In this document: one piece after another, positions 26,979-36,959 of the stretch
Layout of the letters: each line of letters begins with the position of its first letter
How positions within the stretch are numbered: position 1 is the first letter of the stretch
Source: an uncultured Haloferula sp.
GTDB lineage: Bacteria > Verrucomicrobiota > Verrucomicrobiia > Verrucomicrobiales > Akkermansiaceae
DNA length: 64,000 nt
Direction of reading: 5' to 3'
NCBI GenBank assembly: GCA_965652295.1
Contig: CBFGTS010000015.1
Coordinates: 1-64,000, forward strand
Notes under the pieces: generated by a model
The model's input: only the letters and a program-made list of their open reading frames with translations
Told to the model about the DNA's origin: nothing
The model's database searches: none
Made by a program: the position numbers and the translations under genes

Positions 26979-27905
26979 TCACACCTCGAACAAGGACGTC
27001 ACCGACTGCCCGCCGGCGATGCGGCGGATGGCTTCACCCAGGAGCGTGGCGATGCTGCAGACGTGGACTTTGTCGCCGGTGGCCTGCGGCACCGAGTCGG
27101 TCGTGATGACCTGCTCGATGGCAGAATCCTTGATCCGCTCGCGGCCCAATTCCCCGAGCACAGCGTGGGAAACCCCGGCGAAAATCCGTTTTGCCCCGTG
27201 CTGGTGGAGGATATCGGCCGCGGCACAGAGCGTGCCGGCGGTCTCGGTCATGTCGTCGACCAGCATCACGTCGCGGTCGCGGACATCGCCGATGACGTTC
27301 ATCGCCTCGACCTTGGTGGCGCTGACGCGGTGCTTGGCCACGATGGCCAGGTCGGCACCGATCGCATCCGCGTAGGCGCGGGCCATCTTCACGCCGCCCA
27401 CATCGGGCGAAACCACCGTGAGGCCCGAGGGGTCCCCGACCTTCTCCCGGATGTAGCCGATGAGAGCCGGCTTGGCGTAGAGATGGTCCACCGGAATGTC
27501 GAAGAAGCCCTGGATCTGCGGCGCGTGGAGGTCCATGGTGAGAACCCGGTCGACCCCGGCGGAAGTGAGCAGGTTGGCGACGAGCTTGGCCGTGATGGGA
27601 ACACGCGGCTGGTCCTTCCGGTCCTGGCGGGCGTAGCCGAAGAAGGGAATCACGGCGGTGATGCGTCCGGCCGAGGCGCGGCGGGCCGCATCGACCATGA
27701 TCAGCAACTCCATGATGTTGTGATTCGTCGGCGGGCAGGTCGGCTGGAGGATGAAAACATCCGCACCCCGGATGTTCTCGTTGATCTTCACGAAGGTCTC
27801 GCCGTCCGGAAAGGCCGTGACGTGGACATTGGCGAGACGGGTGCCCAGTTCCTGGGCGATGTTTTCAGCAAGGGTTCGGTGGGCGGTGCCGCTGATCAGT
27901 TTCAT
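26979..27905 (-). CDS. prs: Ribose-phosphate pyrophosphokinase
   Basis: FPDGET, GYARQDRK, DLHAPQIQGFF, SPDVGGV, VDDMTETAGT. Confidence 0.96.
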   Translation of the reverse strand: MKLISGTAHRTLAENIAQELGTRLANVHVTAFPDGETFVKINENIRGADVFILQPTCPPTNHNIMELLIMVDAARRASAGRITAVIPFFGYARQDRKDQPRVPITAKLVANLLTSAGVDRVLTMDLHAPQIQGFFDIPVDHLYAKPALIGYIREKVGDPSGLTVVSPDVGGVKMARAYADAIGADLAIVAKHRVSATKVEAMNVIGDVRDRDVMLVDDMTETAGTLCAAADILHQHGAKRIFAGVSHAVLGELGRERIKDSAIEQVITTDSVPQATGDKVHVCSIATLLGEAIRRIAGGQSVTSLFEV

Positions 27906-27986
27906 GGGCGAAATGGCGCGAGGTCGCGGAGTGCGGGGATTGTTGACAGCTTGCGAGGGGTCGGCAACCCTCCATCCCGACTCCCG

Positions 27987-28964
27987 ATGGAAAAGCCCGC
28001 CGAAACGCTGCCGCGCCCCGCGCCGATCCGGCCGACCGATTGGATCGGGCCGGCCCTGATCGGGTTGGTGGTGTTCATTTTCTACGGGGTGATCCCGCAA
28101 TTCGGCCCCGGTCACGCGCAGTCGCCGCTGGTGTGGCTGGAATCGACCTGGAACAGCGAGAACGACTACGAGCACGGTTTCATGGTGCCGATCATCATGG
28201 TCGGCCTGATCGCCTGGCAGTGGAAACGCCTGCGTGCGGCCGCCGCGACGGCGACCCGGAACGGCACGTGGATGGGCCTGCTGGTGGCGCTGGCCGGGGC
28301 GATGTTTTTCGTGCTCTCGTGGCGGACGGGCCAGGCCCGGTTGGCGATCGGCGGGCTGCCGATGGTGTTGTGGGGTTCCTGCTGGTTCCTCTATGGCCGG
28401 CGGGTCGCGGTCCTGACCTTCTTTCCCTTCTTCCTGCTGTGGCTGGCGGTGCCGCTGCCGCAGTTCCAGCAGGCGACCACCAAGCTGCAGATCCTTTCCA
28501 CCAAGCTGGCCTCGCTCGGCTGCGGCTGGTTGGGGATCGAGACCGAGGTGCGTGGCACCCAGATCGCCTCCCTGACCGACAAATGGGAGCCGCTGGAAAT
28601 CGACGACGGCTGCAGTGGCATCCGCTCGCTGATGGCCCTGATCCTGATCTCCTGCGTGTGGGCCTACGTTTCCAAAATCAGCCTGTGGAAGAAAGCGCTG
28701 CTCTGCCTCTCGGCCTTCCCGCTGGCGATCATCGGCAATACCCTGCGGCTGACTTCCATTTTCCTCATCGCCGAACATGGCGACCCGCATTTCGCCATCC
28801 ACACCTGGCACGATTGGGCCGGGTTGGTGATCTTCTACCCGATCTCACTGGCGCTGCTGCTGGGCTTCCACGCCTTGCTCGAGGGCGGACAACCTCTGTT
28901 CAAAGTCCTGCGACCGCAGCGCCGCCGGGTGATCCGGAAACAAATCAACACCGCCGAATCATGA
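27987..28964 (+). CDS. Exosortase/archaeosortase family protein
   Basis: Multi-TM; DYEHGF, catalytic Cys DGCSGIRSL, Arg NTLRL, His WHDWAG. Confidence 0.92.
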   Translation: MEKPAETLPRPAPIRPTDWIGPALIGLVVFIFYGVIPQFGPGHAQSPLVWLESTWNSENDYEHGFMVPIIMVGLIAWQWKRLRAAAATATRNGTWMGLLVALAGAMFFVLSWRTGQARLAIGGLPMVLWGSCWFLYGRRVAVLTFFPFFLLWLAVPLPQFQQATTKLQILSTKLASLGCGWLGIETEVRGTQIASLTDKWEPLEIDDGCSGIRSLMALILISCVWAYVSKISLWKKALLCLSAFPLAIIGNTLRLTSIFLIAEHGDPHFAIHTWHDWAGLVIFYPISLALLLGFHALLEGGQPLFKVLRPQRRRVIRKQINTAES

Positions 28965-29698
28965 AACGTGGACTGATTTTGGCCGGCCTGCTCGCAGCGG
29001 GGTTTTCGACCGTCTTCGTCCTCCCCGACTTCAAGGAGGTGGAAAGCGCGATGAACATGGAGCTGCCGGATTACCTCGGCCGCTGGAACATGGAAAGCTA
29101 CCCGCCCTCGGAGAAGGAGATCAAGATCCTGGCGAAGGACACGCGTTTCTCCAAGGCCTACTGCGCGCTCCCCCGCTCCGAAGAGTTCTCCTACATCTTC
29201 GGTCGGTCGCCCGTGGACCATGCCGATTTGTCCGTCGTGCTCTCCGGCTACGATCTGGCGAATTCGATCCACCGCCCCGAGCGCTGCATGCCGGCTCAAG
29301 GCCACCGCGGGCTCAGGAGTTCGGCCAGCACCCTTGATCTCCCCAACGGCGGGCAACTCCCGGTGACGCGGATCCTCTCCTATCAGGATCTCAGTGTTCA
29401 AACCCCGGAGGGACCCCGGAATATCACGCGCCACTGCGTGACCTTCTACTTTTTCGTAGGCCACTCCCGGATCACCGAAAACCACACCGAGCGCACGCTG
29501 ATCGACATCTATGACCGCGTCTTCAAGGGCCAGGCTCAGGGCTGGGCGTATGTCAGCGTGACCATGCCCTACTCCGAGGCGGAGCCATATGAATCCGGCA
29601 ACGCCCTCCTCCCTCTCGATCAAGCGGACCAAAAAATCCGCCAGCTCCTTTCGGAACTGGCGGTGAACAACATCGATTGGGAGCAGATCCAGGGGTAA
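28961..29698 (+). CDS. Exosortase-associated EpsI family protein
   Basis: ATGA overlap with the exosortase; SIHRPERCMPAQG signature. Confidence 0.88.
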   Translation: MKRGLILAGLLAAGFSTVFVLPDFKEVESAMNMELPDYLGRWNMESYPPSEKEIKILAKDTRFSKAYCALPRSEEFSYIFGRSPVDHADLSVVLSGYDLANSIHRPERCMPAQGHRGLRSSASTLDLPNGGQLPVTRILSYQDLSVQTPEGPRNITRHCVTFYFFVGHSRITENHTERTLIDIYDRVFKGQAQGWAYVSVTMPYSEAEPYESGNALLPLDQADQKIRQLLSELAVNNIDWEQIQG

Positions 29699-29714
29699 GC
29701 CGGAAGCCGATCAG

Positions 29715-31682
29715 TCAAGGCTCGCCGGCTTTAACCCTCGGCCTCTCCCACCCCGAGGGCTGGATGTTGGCGTTTTCGAGGAAGGCTTTCACCTTGGCGA
29801 TGTTTTCGACCAGCGATTTCGATTCCCGTGGCTGGGACCAAGCCGGGCTGAGAACGGCTTGTTCCGTCAAGAATTCCTCGGCGGCCAGCAACCGCGCCAA
29901 GGCAGCTTCCGGACGACGCTGCCCCCACTCGCGGGTTGCAGCATCATAAAGATGCCTCGCATAGAACAACCGGGCATCGAACACCCTTTCCAGATTCCCC
30001 TGAAGCTTGAGCGCCCGTTCAAACTCCAGCTCCGCTTCGCCATCCCGCCGTAGGATTGATAGCGTATTCGCCCGATTGACGCTCAGGGACGCATTATGTG
30101 GATGGCGCTCTACAGCATCGTCATACGCAGCGACTGCCGTTTCATACCATTCCCAGCGCTGCTCGTCAGGCAGATCGGCACGATCGGCAAAGGCGCGGGC
30201 GGTATTGGCTCGCAGCTGCTCCATGCTCCACCCCGGCCACCAATGCGACGCCCGGCCCAGGGCTTTCCAGCCCTCCGCTGGCTGCGTTTGGAGCAGACTG
30301 GGGTGACGCCCCACGATGGGCCATAGGGCAAGCAGCGCTCCGGTCGCACTCGTCCCCGCCACCATGAGAATAATCGCCGGAATCCCGAGAAGCAGCTTCG
30401 AAGACCATGCGGAAGCCGCCTTGGCGGGCACCCTCGCTGATTTCCCGAGAATGCGACCGCCAAAACCCAACCAAATCCCGAGCAAAAGCACGGAGGGCAG
30501 CAAATGGAATACGAAGCTGAAGTTCGACTGAATCAACATGCCCACCATCCCCGGTAGCACGCCAGCTGCCACGGCCTCCCAGCCAGCTGCCTCCTCCTCC
30601 TGCTCAGAACCAAGAGCGAGACTCACGACGAGCAGACAAGCCACAGTCAGGAGAACTCCACCAACCAGAACCACTCCGATCATCCCGTAGTCGGAAGCAA
30701 GCTGGAGAGCTTCGTTATGGACAAACGATTCGTTTTCCTTGGGTAATCCCATGGCCAAGGGCTCCCAATGTTGGTTCCTCTTCCAAGAATAGGCACGGCT
30801 TCCCCCGCCCTTCAGCGGATGATCGCTGATCACCGCCATCGCGACTTTATACCAAACCAACCGCGCATCGTTGTCTAGATTCTGAGCGACATCCGCGGCC
30901 GTCATTTGGTCACTTCCGGTTCCCCGCAACAACTTCCAGGACCCCAAGAGCGCAAGGAGGCAAAGCACCGGAGCAATGCACATCCCGATCAACAACCCCC
31001 GCTTCTTCCTCCGCCACGCCACCAAGGAGATCGCCAGAAAGAGCACAATCAACCCCACACCGAGCCCCAGCAGCCCGCCGCGGGACCCCGATAAAGGAAT
31101 CATGCACACCGTCACCCCGATGGCCCCCCCGTGAAGGATTTTCTGCCACAGCCGGTCCCGGGAAAGCACGACCCGCGGAGCGACAAACAAACCCGCGCCG
31201 AGCATGAAGTTCGAAAAATAGTTGTAGTGGCCGAAGAACCCGCTGGGGCTTTTCATTGGCCGCTCCGGGTAGGGCCACGAAAGCGAGGGTTCGAACCACT
31301 GGGCAAAGGCGAATGCCCCGTTGACGATCACCAACAGGGAAAGGCCTGAGGTGAACCACGAAAACCCCGGATGTTTTGGATCGAGACGCGAGGCGGCCGC
31401 GGCCATCGCCAACACCGCCAGGACAAGCAGCGCGTCCGCCCGGGCATCCTCAGCCACCGGCGAATGCCACGCCCGCCAACCGATCCAGAGAGCCGCTCCA
31501 AGCAACGACGCGGTGAGAATCTTCGAAAACCGAAACGCGGGTTCGATGAAAAGCGCCGCCGCAAGTCCCACCCCGAGGCACAGCAAGGATGGTCCCCAGC
31601 TCCACGAAAGGGTTTGGGCTCCGAAAAGCAGCGCCATCAGGATGGATGCCAGCAGGCATACCGAAGCGAATCTCATGGGCAT
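29715..31682 (-). CDS. O-antigen ligase (Wzy_C) family protein with TPR-like C-terminus
   Basis: GFFGHYNY, SGSRGG, HPLKGGG, HNEALQL; helical repeat tail; start at 31682 or 31676. Confidence 0.87.
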   Translation of the reverse strand: MPMRFASVCLLASILMALLFGAQTLSWSWGPSLLCLGVGLAAALFIEPAFRFSKILTASLLGAALWIGWRAWHSPVAEDARADALLVLAVLAMAAAASRLDPKHPGFSWFTSGLSLLVIVNGAFAFAQWFEPSLSWPYPERPMKSPSGFFGHYNYFSNFMLGAGLFVAPRVVLSRDRLWQKILHGGAIGVTVCMIPLSGSRGGLLGLGVGLIVLFLAISLVAWRRKKRGLLIGMCIAPVLCLLALLGSWKLLRGTGSDQMTAADVAQNLDNDARLVWYKVAMAVISDHPLKGGGSRAYSWKRNQHWEPLAMGLPKENESFVHNEALQLASDYGMIGVVLVGGVLLTVACLLVVSLALGSEQEEEAAGWEAVAAGVLPGMVGMLIQSNFSFVFHLLPSVLLLGIWLGFGGRILGKSARVPAKAASAWSSKLLLGIPAIILMVAGTSATGALLALWPIVGRHPSLLQTQPAEGWKALGRASHWWPGWSMEQLRANTARAFADRADLPDEQRWEWYETAVAAYDDAVERHPHNASLSVNRANTLSILRRDGEAELEFERALKLQGNLERVFDARLFYARHLYDAATREWGQRRPEAALARLLAAEEFLTEQAVLSPAWSQPRESKSLVENIAKVKAFLENANIQPSGWERPRVKAGEP

Positions 31683-31751
31683 AAAAAAAGCCGACCGCGG
31701 GGCGATCGGCAAGAAGGGAGGGTACCCAGAGGGATTCATCCGAAGAAATCC

Positions 31752-32079
31752 AACCGCAGATGAACGGGATGGACGCAGATGGACGGAACTCCGATTAGGA
31801 AGCCGGCCTCGCTTCGCCCGGAAACCCCCCGCAGGCGAAAGGAGCGCCGATTATGAAATCGGCATGGCTCACCCTCGCTGCCATTTTCCTCTCTGTAGAT
31901 TGCCCGGAAGCCGGTGTCCGGTACTCAGGAGCGGCGGGCATCGACCGCCGGACGGGCTCCTCGCAGTCTGCCCATCATTCCAAGTCTCTTCGAGTTCCCA
32001 GCCGCACGAAACCGATCGTCCCCAGGAAAGGGGCCTCAATTCCCTGAACATCTGCGAAAACCCGCGTTCATCCGCGGTT
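31752..32079. repeat. Nested repeat cassette: outer AACCGCAGATGAAC-type inverted ends enclosing family A (31841-31865) and family B (31927-31999) repeats
   Basis: Left end 31752-31784 versus right end 32049-32079 are reverse-complement related. Confidence 0.78.
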
Positions 32080-32092
32080 CGCTTCCCGAAAT

Positions 32093-33514
32093 CTACGCCG
32101 CTCCCTTGCCGAACAGCACCGCCGGCACCGTCTTCGCGAGGATCTTCACATCCAGCCAGAACGACCAGTTGTCGATGTATTCAAGATCCATCCGCACCCA
32201 CTCCTCAAAGGAGGTGATTCGGTTCCGTCCCCCCGCCTGCCACTCACAGGTGATGCCCGGCTTCACACTAAGCCGACGCCGATGCGCCGACTTCTCGAAA
32301 GCCTCGACCTCGTAGAGAGGCAATGGCCGCGGGCCCACCAAGCTCATATCGCCGAGGAGCACGTTGAGAAGCTGCGGCAGCTCGTCGATGCTCAGCTTCC
32401 GCAAGAAGCCCCCAAAGGCGAAAATCCGCGGATCCCGCTGGAGCTTGAAAACCGGCCCGTCCATCTCGTTGCCCTGCTCCTCCTTGATCTTCGCGAGCAG
32501 CGCTTCGGCATCCGCCACCATGGTGCGGAACTTCCACATCCGGAAGGGCTTGCCATACCGACCCGCTCGCTTCTGGGCGAAAAACGCCGGAGCACCCGGA
32601 CTTGAGAGCTTGATGCCCACCCAAGCGAAAATCCACAGCGGCAGCGTGGCCAGGATCAGTCCCAGAGCACCAATCCTGTCGAGCACCGTCTTCATCGCCA
32701 GCTCCCAGGAAAGCTCCGGGGTGGACCGCAGCACCAGCATCGGCTGGTCACCCAAAATATCGAAGGTCGGCCGCGCGATCTGGGTCCGGATGAACGAGGC
32801 CGCCACCCACGCCTCCACTCCTTGGAGTTCACAGGCTTCCACGGCCGCGGACACCCTCTCGAAGGAGCTGGCGCCCGCGGCGATGATTACCCGCTCGACC
32901 GCATGCTCCTTCAGGAGCTGATAGAGGTCTTCGACGGTCTTCGTCTCAAGATCGAAGCGTTCGACAACATAAAACCCTTCAAGAATGTCCGAGGCGGTCG
33001 TGGATTCAAAGTCCGCGATCTCTGCGAGCGAACCCGCGATCAGAACGGGCTCCCTGCCTTCCGGTCTCACCTTCCGATTCCGCAGATAGTGGGTCGTGAT
33101 GCGGTCCCGCGTGAACAGCAGAAGAAACGAAAACGTGAAACCCGAAGCCAGAATCAAGCGGCTGGCACCGAATCGCTCCCCCTCCAAGGGTTTGGCGAAA
33201 AGGCTGACCATTCCCAGTCCTAGTCCGAGAATCGCCAACGCCCGAAAGAGCTGAGAGAGCGACTTGACAGTGGATTTGATTCTGAGCCGCCGGTAGAACC
33301 TGAACCACTCCAGCAACAGCGGCGTAAAAGGAACGGCGACAAACAAGACCCACGTCATCTGCTCCAAGCCAGCTACGGAAGTGGCTGGCTGTCCGAGCCA
33401 ATGCCGAATCACAGGTCGGAATGCCGATGCGATCCAGAAGCAAGTCCACACGATGCCAGCGTCCAACAGTTGGAGCATTTGGATCGACAGCGCTTCTTTT
33501 CTACCGATGACCAT
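32093..33514 (-). CDS. Priming polyprenyl-phosphate sugar-1-phosphate transferase (WcaJ/WbaP family)
   Basis: KFRTM, DPRI, LRKLSIDELPQL, MSLVGPRP, KPGIT, DLEYIDNWS. Confidence 0.95.
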   Translation of the reverse strand: MVIGRKEALSIQMLQLLDAGIVWTCFWIASAFRPVIRHWLGQPATSVAGLEQMTWVLFVAVPFTPLLLEWFRFYRRLRIKSTVKSLSQLFRALAILGLGLGMVSLFAKPLEGERFGASRLILASGFTFSFLLLFTRDRITTHYLRNRKVRPEGREPVLIAGSLAEIADFESTTASDILEGFYVVERFDLETKTVEDLYQLLKEHAVERVIIAAGASSFERVSAAVEACELQGVEAWVAASFIRTQIARPTFDILGDQPMLVLRSTPELSWELAMKTVLDRIGALGLILATLPLWIFAWVGIKLSSPGAPAFFAQKRAGRYGKPFRMWKFRTMVADAEALLAKIKEEQGNEMDGPVFKLQRDPRIFAFGGFLRKLSIDELPQLLNVLLGDMSLVGPRPLPLYEVEAFEKSAHRRRLSVKPGITCEWQAGGRNRITSFEEWVRMDLEYIDNWSFWLDVKILAKTVPAVLFGKGAA

Positions 33515-33555
33515 GGAAAAAACCTATCGCGAGCTTTGCCTCAGGAAACAAGTCT

Positions 33556-35106
33556 TCAAACAGGCGCTCCTACCCGACCTCCGGCACCCTCCCGCTGAGA
33601 AGGAACTGTGCTGACAGGAGAACGACCGACCGACGTGCCACCCCTCCGGGGGTGGTGGACGATCATTGCCGCAGCCACCCCCATAAACGCATAGAAAAAC
33701 ACATTCACGGGGTACACTCGGAGCTGGGCAGGACTGGCAAGAGCGCCGGAAGCAATTCCCATCGCGCAAGCCATCGCCACAATCGCGATCCGCCGAGCAG
33801 GAACCGGCGCGATACTCAAAATGCGGTGGTGCATGTAGGTAAGCCCCGCACCCCCGACGATCAGCAAGCTGAACAAAGGAACGTATCCAATCCGAACCAG
33901 ATAGTCGGTGATCGCATCATGGATTCGGAAATACTCCCGGGGATCCTGGCGTCCCGCAGCTGCGATGCCGAAGGGAGTCCAAATCTCCTTATTGTTTTTG
34001 AGAAAGCTGAAACTCTCGAAGCGAGCGTTCAAGGTGCCCATGGTGGCGGTCCGTTCGGAGCGAGCATCGCCCACCGTCTCGTCGGTCATGGAGCTTTCAA
34101 GATTTGCCATAGCTCTCGACTCCAAAAGGTAGTCCGAGGCCAAGATCAGGGTAACCGCCACCGCAACTCCAGACGAATAAGCGAGCACGGTCGTCAGACG
34201 CGTTCTGAACATCACTGCTGCTCCGGCAGCAACCACCCCACACAGCCAACCGGTGCGGCTGACCGTGAACCAAGCCGCGATGACAAAAAGGGCGACGATA
34301 AGAAAGCCCGTTACCCGATGGGAATGTTTCAGTCCGCCTAATTTGCCGCTAATCCCCCATGCCATGACCGCAAAAACTGACATGACGATGGAGACCGTCT
34401 GCGCCGCGTTCATGGTGGAAAATGGTCGTAGCACTTCCTGCTCCCACAGAATCCGGGACTCAATGGACAAGCCTGTGAGCAAATACGCATACTCCAGATC
34501 GCTCAGCCCGAAGGCTGCCTGCCAGCAAGTATAAAGCGCCACCGGAATGTAGGTTAAGACCGTGATCCGCAGGAGCTTGAGCTGCGCTTCTGGACTAGGG
34601 AAGAGAATTGGCACCACGAACAACATCGGAATGTAGGCCCCGGCGTTGACGACGCCGGCAATCCCCTCTTGGGACTCGCCCCCGCCGGAGGAAAGGAGCG
34701 CGGCCCCGCCAAGAATGGTAAAGCCGAGAATACTAATCCCGTACAACCACCAATAGCTTGCGCGGGAGGAAAAGCTCCCTCTGAACAAGCCCGCGGTCAC
34801 ACCAATGCAGATTCCGAGCATCACTGCAGGCGCCATTCCCAGGGTATAGTAAAGATCGAGGCCCGAAACGTAATCTCCCAGAACCAAAAGGCGCTTGAAA
34901 GCATCAAGATACGCGGTGAGGCCGATGAGCACGTAGAATCCCCCCTTCGGATTGAGGATCGCGAATGCACCCAAGCCGAGCATCCCGAACTTCCCGAGCT
35001 GGCCAATCACATTCCCGCCTCCGGTCAGCACCGTTGCCCCCACCCACAGCGCGAGTCCGAGGGCCAATACCAGAAAAACGATTCTGCCGACAAGATTGGA
35101 ATTCAT
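33556..35106 (-). CDS. Putative Wzy polysaccharide polymerase
   Basis: About 12 TM segments, RPFST and SRTG motifs, large loop with His; located in a Wzx locus. Confidence 0.7.
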   Translation of the reverse strand: MNSNLVGRIVFLVLALGLALWVGATVLTGGGNVIGQLGKFGMLGLGAFAILNPKGGFYVLIGLTAYLDAFKRLLVLGDYVSGLDLYYTLGMAPAVMLGICIGVTAGLFRGSFSSRASYWWLYGISILGFTILGGAALLSSGGGESQEGIAGVVNAGAYIPMLFVVPILFPSPEAQLKLLRITVLTYIPVALYTCWQAAFGLSDLEYAYLLTGLSIESRILWEQEVLRPFSTMNAAQTVSIVMSVFAVMAWGISGKLGGLKHSHRVTGFLIVALFVIAAWFTVSRTGWLCGVVAAGAAVMFRTRLTTVLAYSSGVAVAVTLILASDYLLESRAMANLESSMTDETVGDARSERTATMGTLNARFESFSFLKNNKEIWTPFGIAAAGRQDPREYFRIHDAITDYLVRIGYVPLFSLLIVGGAGLTYMHHRILSIAPVPARRIAIVAMACAMGIASGALASPAQLRVYPVNVFFYAFMGVAAAMIVHHPRRGGTSVGRSPVSTVPSQREGAGGRVGAPV

Positions 35107-35125
35107 AAGATCAAGCGGGCAGCGA

Positions 35126-35851
35126 CTACGATGCCCCTTCGAGAAATGCCCTGTAAGCAGTGGTCGCCCGCCCGACAAGCATCGAATAGCGGCCTTCTTC
35201 CAACTCCTTTCGGATCCGGTTGCTCAGATCCTTCCGCGACGGTGAAGGTCTTGCAACTTGAGATTCCGTGGTGGTGTCCTTTTTATTCACGCGGCGGTCC
35301 ATTTCCTCCACCAACCTGAAGCAGCGATTCAGCGTCTCGGGTCTGGAGCCAAGCGGAGCGAGATCCATTCCATAATGGGAACTGACGCGCGCTAAAACCG
35401 CGTCGAATTTATCCGTCACCTCTTGAAATTCGGCCGTGACGAAATGCTCTTTTAGCGGCCGCAGCGTCTCGTAGAATCGCACGTAAGCTTTCAAACACTG
35501 CTCAAGGCGCAAATGCGGCGAAAAAACCTTGAGGGAAGATATCGCATCCCGCGGCTCGCGGATCAGGACTAAAACCGGGACTTTCAGCCTCAGTGCACGT
35601 CGCACGTTGCCTGCCAAATGGCTGTGACGGCCTAGATGCGAGTCAAAGTCGTTCTGCGAGACCCGGAAGGCAGCCACCGCGTAGGTATTGGCCGAACGAG
35701 GGTAGCCTTCGATGCAAACTCGCGAGTCGGACCGAACCAATCCTTCACCCCACCCTCCCAGCCGGGCAAGGAGGGCGGCGCCCCGCTCCCCCTCCCCCAG
35801 CGCTTCTCGAATATTGAAGCGCGTCCTCAACCACGCATTTTTCAAGCTCAT
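35126..35851 (-). CDS. PAPS-dependent sulfotransferase-fold protein
   Basis: 5'-PSB-like loop GYPRSANT, HSH, 3'-PB-like motif IREPRDAISS. Confidence 0.75.
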   Translation of the reverse strand: MSLKNAWLRTRFNIREALGEGERGAALLARLGGWGEGLVRSDSRVCIEGYPRSANTYAVAAFRVSQNDFDSHLGRHSHLAGNVRRALRLKVPVLVLIREPRDAISSLKVFSPHLRLEQCLKAYVRFYETLRPLKEHFVTAEFQEVTDKFDAVLARVSSHYGMDLAPLGSRPETLNRCFRLVEEMDRRVNKKDTTTESQVARPSPSRKDLSNRIRKELEEGRYSMLVGRATTAYRAFLEGAS

Positions 35852-35855
35852 CGGA

Positions 35856-36950
35856 TTACGATCTCCTGGTTTGTCGGGATGACAGGATTCTCTCATAAAA
35901 CCTTCCCTGCCGTTCCGCAATGCTCGCCCAGGAGAAGTCGCGGAGGATGCTCCGTCTCGCCTGACCCCGCCAAGCCTCTACCTCTTGTCGACTTCGTCCG
36001 CACAGGAAACGCGTCCTGCGCACCCAGGCATCAATGTCGGTCGCGTCCATCATCCAACCATTCACTCCCTCCACGACGACCTCTGGAAGCGAACTCTTCG
36101 GCTGAGCAATTACCGGGCACCCGCAGGCGATGGCCTCCAAAACGGTTAGCGGAAGGCCCTCATGTTCCGAGGGAAAAAGCAGTCCATCGGCGTGTTGAAG
36201 AAGGTTTCGGAGATGCAGTCGCGAAACTTTTCCCAAGTAGCTTACATTCGGCAGAGCGTCGATTCTATCCCGCGTTTGGCGCGACAGCTCGGTTTCAGGG
36301 TACGGATCGTTCCCGACCATCAGAAATCGCTGCTGCGGCATGCGGGAGGCAATTTCCAGAAATACCTCCGGATGCTTGCGGTCGAGGATCTGAGCTGCCC
36401 AGAGAAAAAATGGCTCACCCGGCACTCCGTCCGGACGCTCTCCAGCTGCTTCAGGCAAAACGTAGAACTCCTCGTCGAATCCGTTGGGAATGCAGTCGTC
36501 GCAGGATCGCCCAAACCACTTTCCCACGCCTTTTTCGACGGCACGGCTAACTGCCACGACATGATCGGCGCGCTTCACGGCTAAGCAATAGTGCCGGAGG
36601 TAAGGATCGGAACCGTACGGCTCACAATTCGCGGTGAAAACGTGGCGGGTACGTCCGAAGCTCCGCAACTTGGCCAGTCGCACCGCTGTTAGATTCCGTG
36701 GCGTCGCGGAGGCATGATGGACGACATCATAGCGCCGCAAAAGAACTCGTTCCGGCGTGGTTCGATAGAGATGTGGCAATGCCCAAAGCTTCGCCGCGCA
36801 TTCCTGGTCCTCCTCCGTCAGCGGGGAGGAGAAACTATGAAAGTCGATCTCTGGATTACCTTCCGCAATCTTACGGAGTAGCGTCGAGATCGGCGTTGCG
36901 ACTCGATCAAGCGAGATCGGCATCAATATAGTGGATCGCATGGTCGTCAA
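35856..36950 (-). CDS. Glycosyltransferase family 4
   Basis: IPNG, FPSEHEGLPLTVLEAIACGCPV. Confidence 0.92.
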   Translation of the reverse strand: MTTMRSTILMPISLDRVATPISTLLRKIAEGNPEIDFHSFSSPLTEEDQECAAKLWALPHLYRTTPERVLLRRYDVVHHASATPRNLTAVRLAKLRSFGRTRHVFTANCEPYGSDPYLRHYCLAVKRADHVVAVSRAVEKGVGKWFGRSCDDCIPNGFDEEFYVLPEAAGERPDGVPGEPFFLWAAQILDRKHPEVFLEIASRMPQQRFLMVGNDPYPETELSRQTRDRIDALPNVSYLGKVSRLHLRNLLQHADGLLFPSEHEGLPLTVLEAIACGCPVIAQPKSSLPEVVVEGVNGWMMDATDIDAWVRRTRFLCGRSRQEVEAWRGQARRSILRDFSWASIAERQGRFYERILSSRQTRRS

Positions 36951-36959
36951 ATCACTCCT

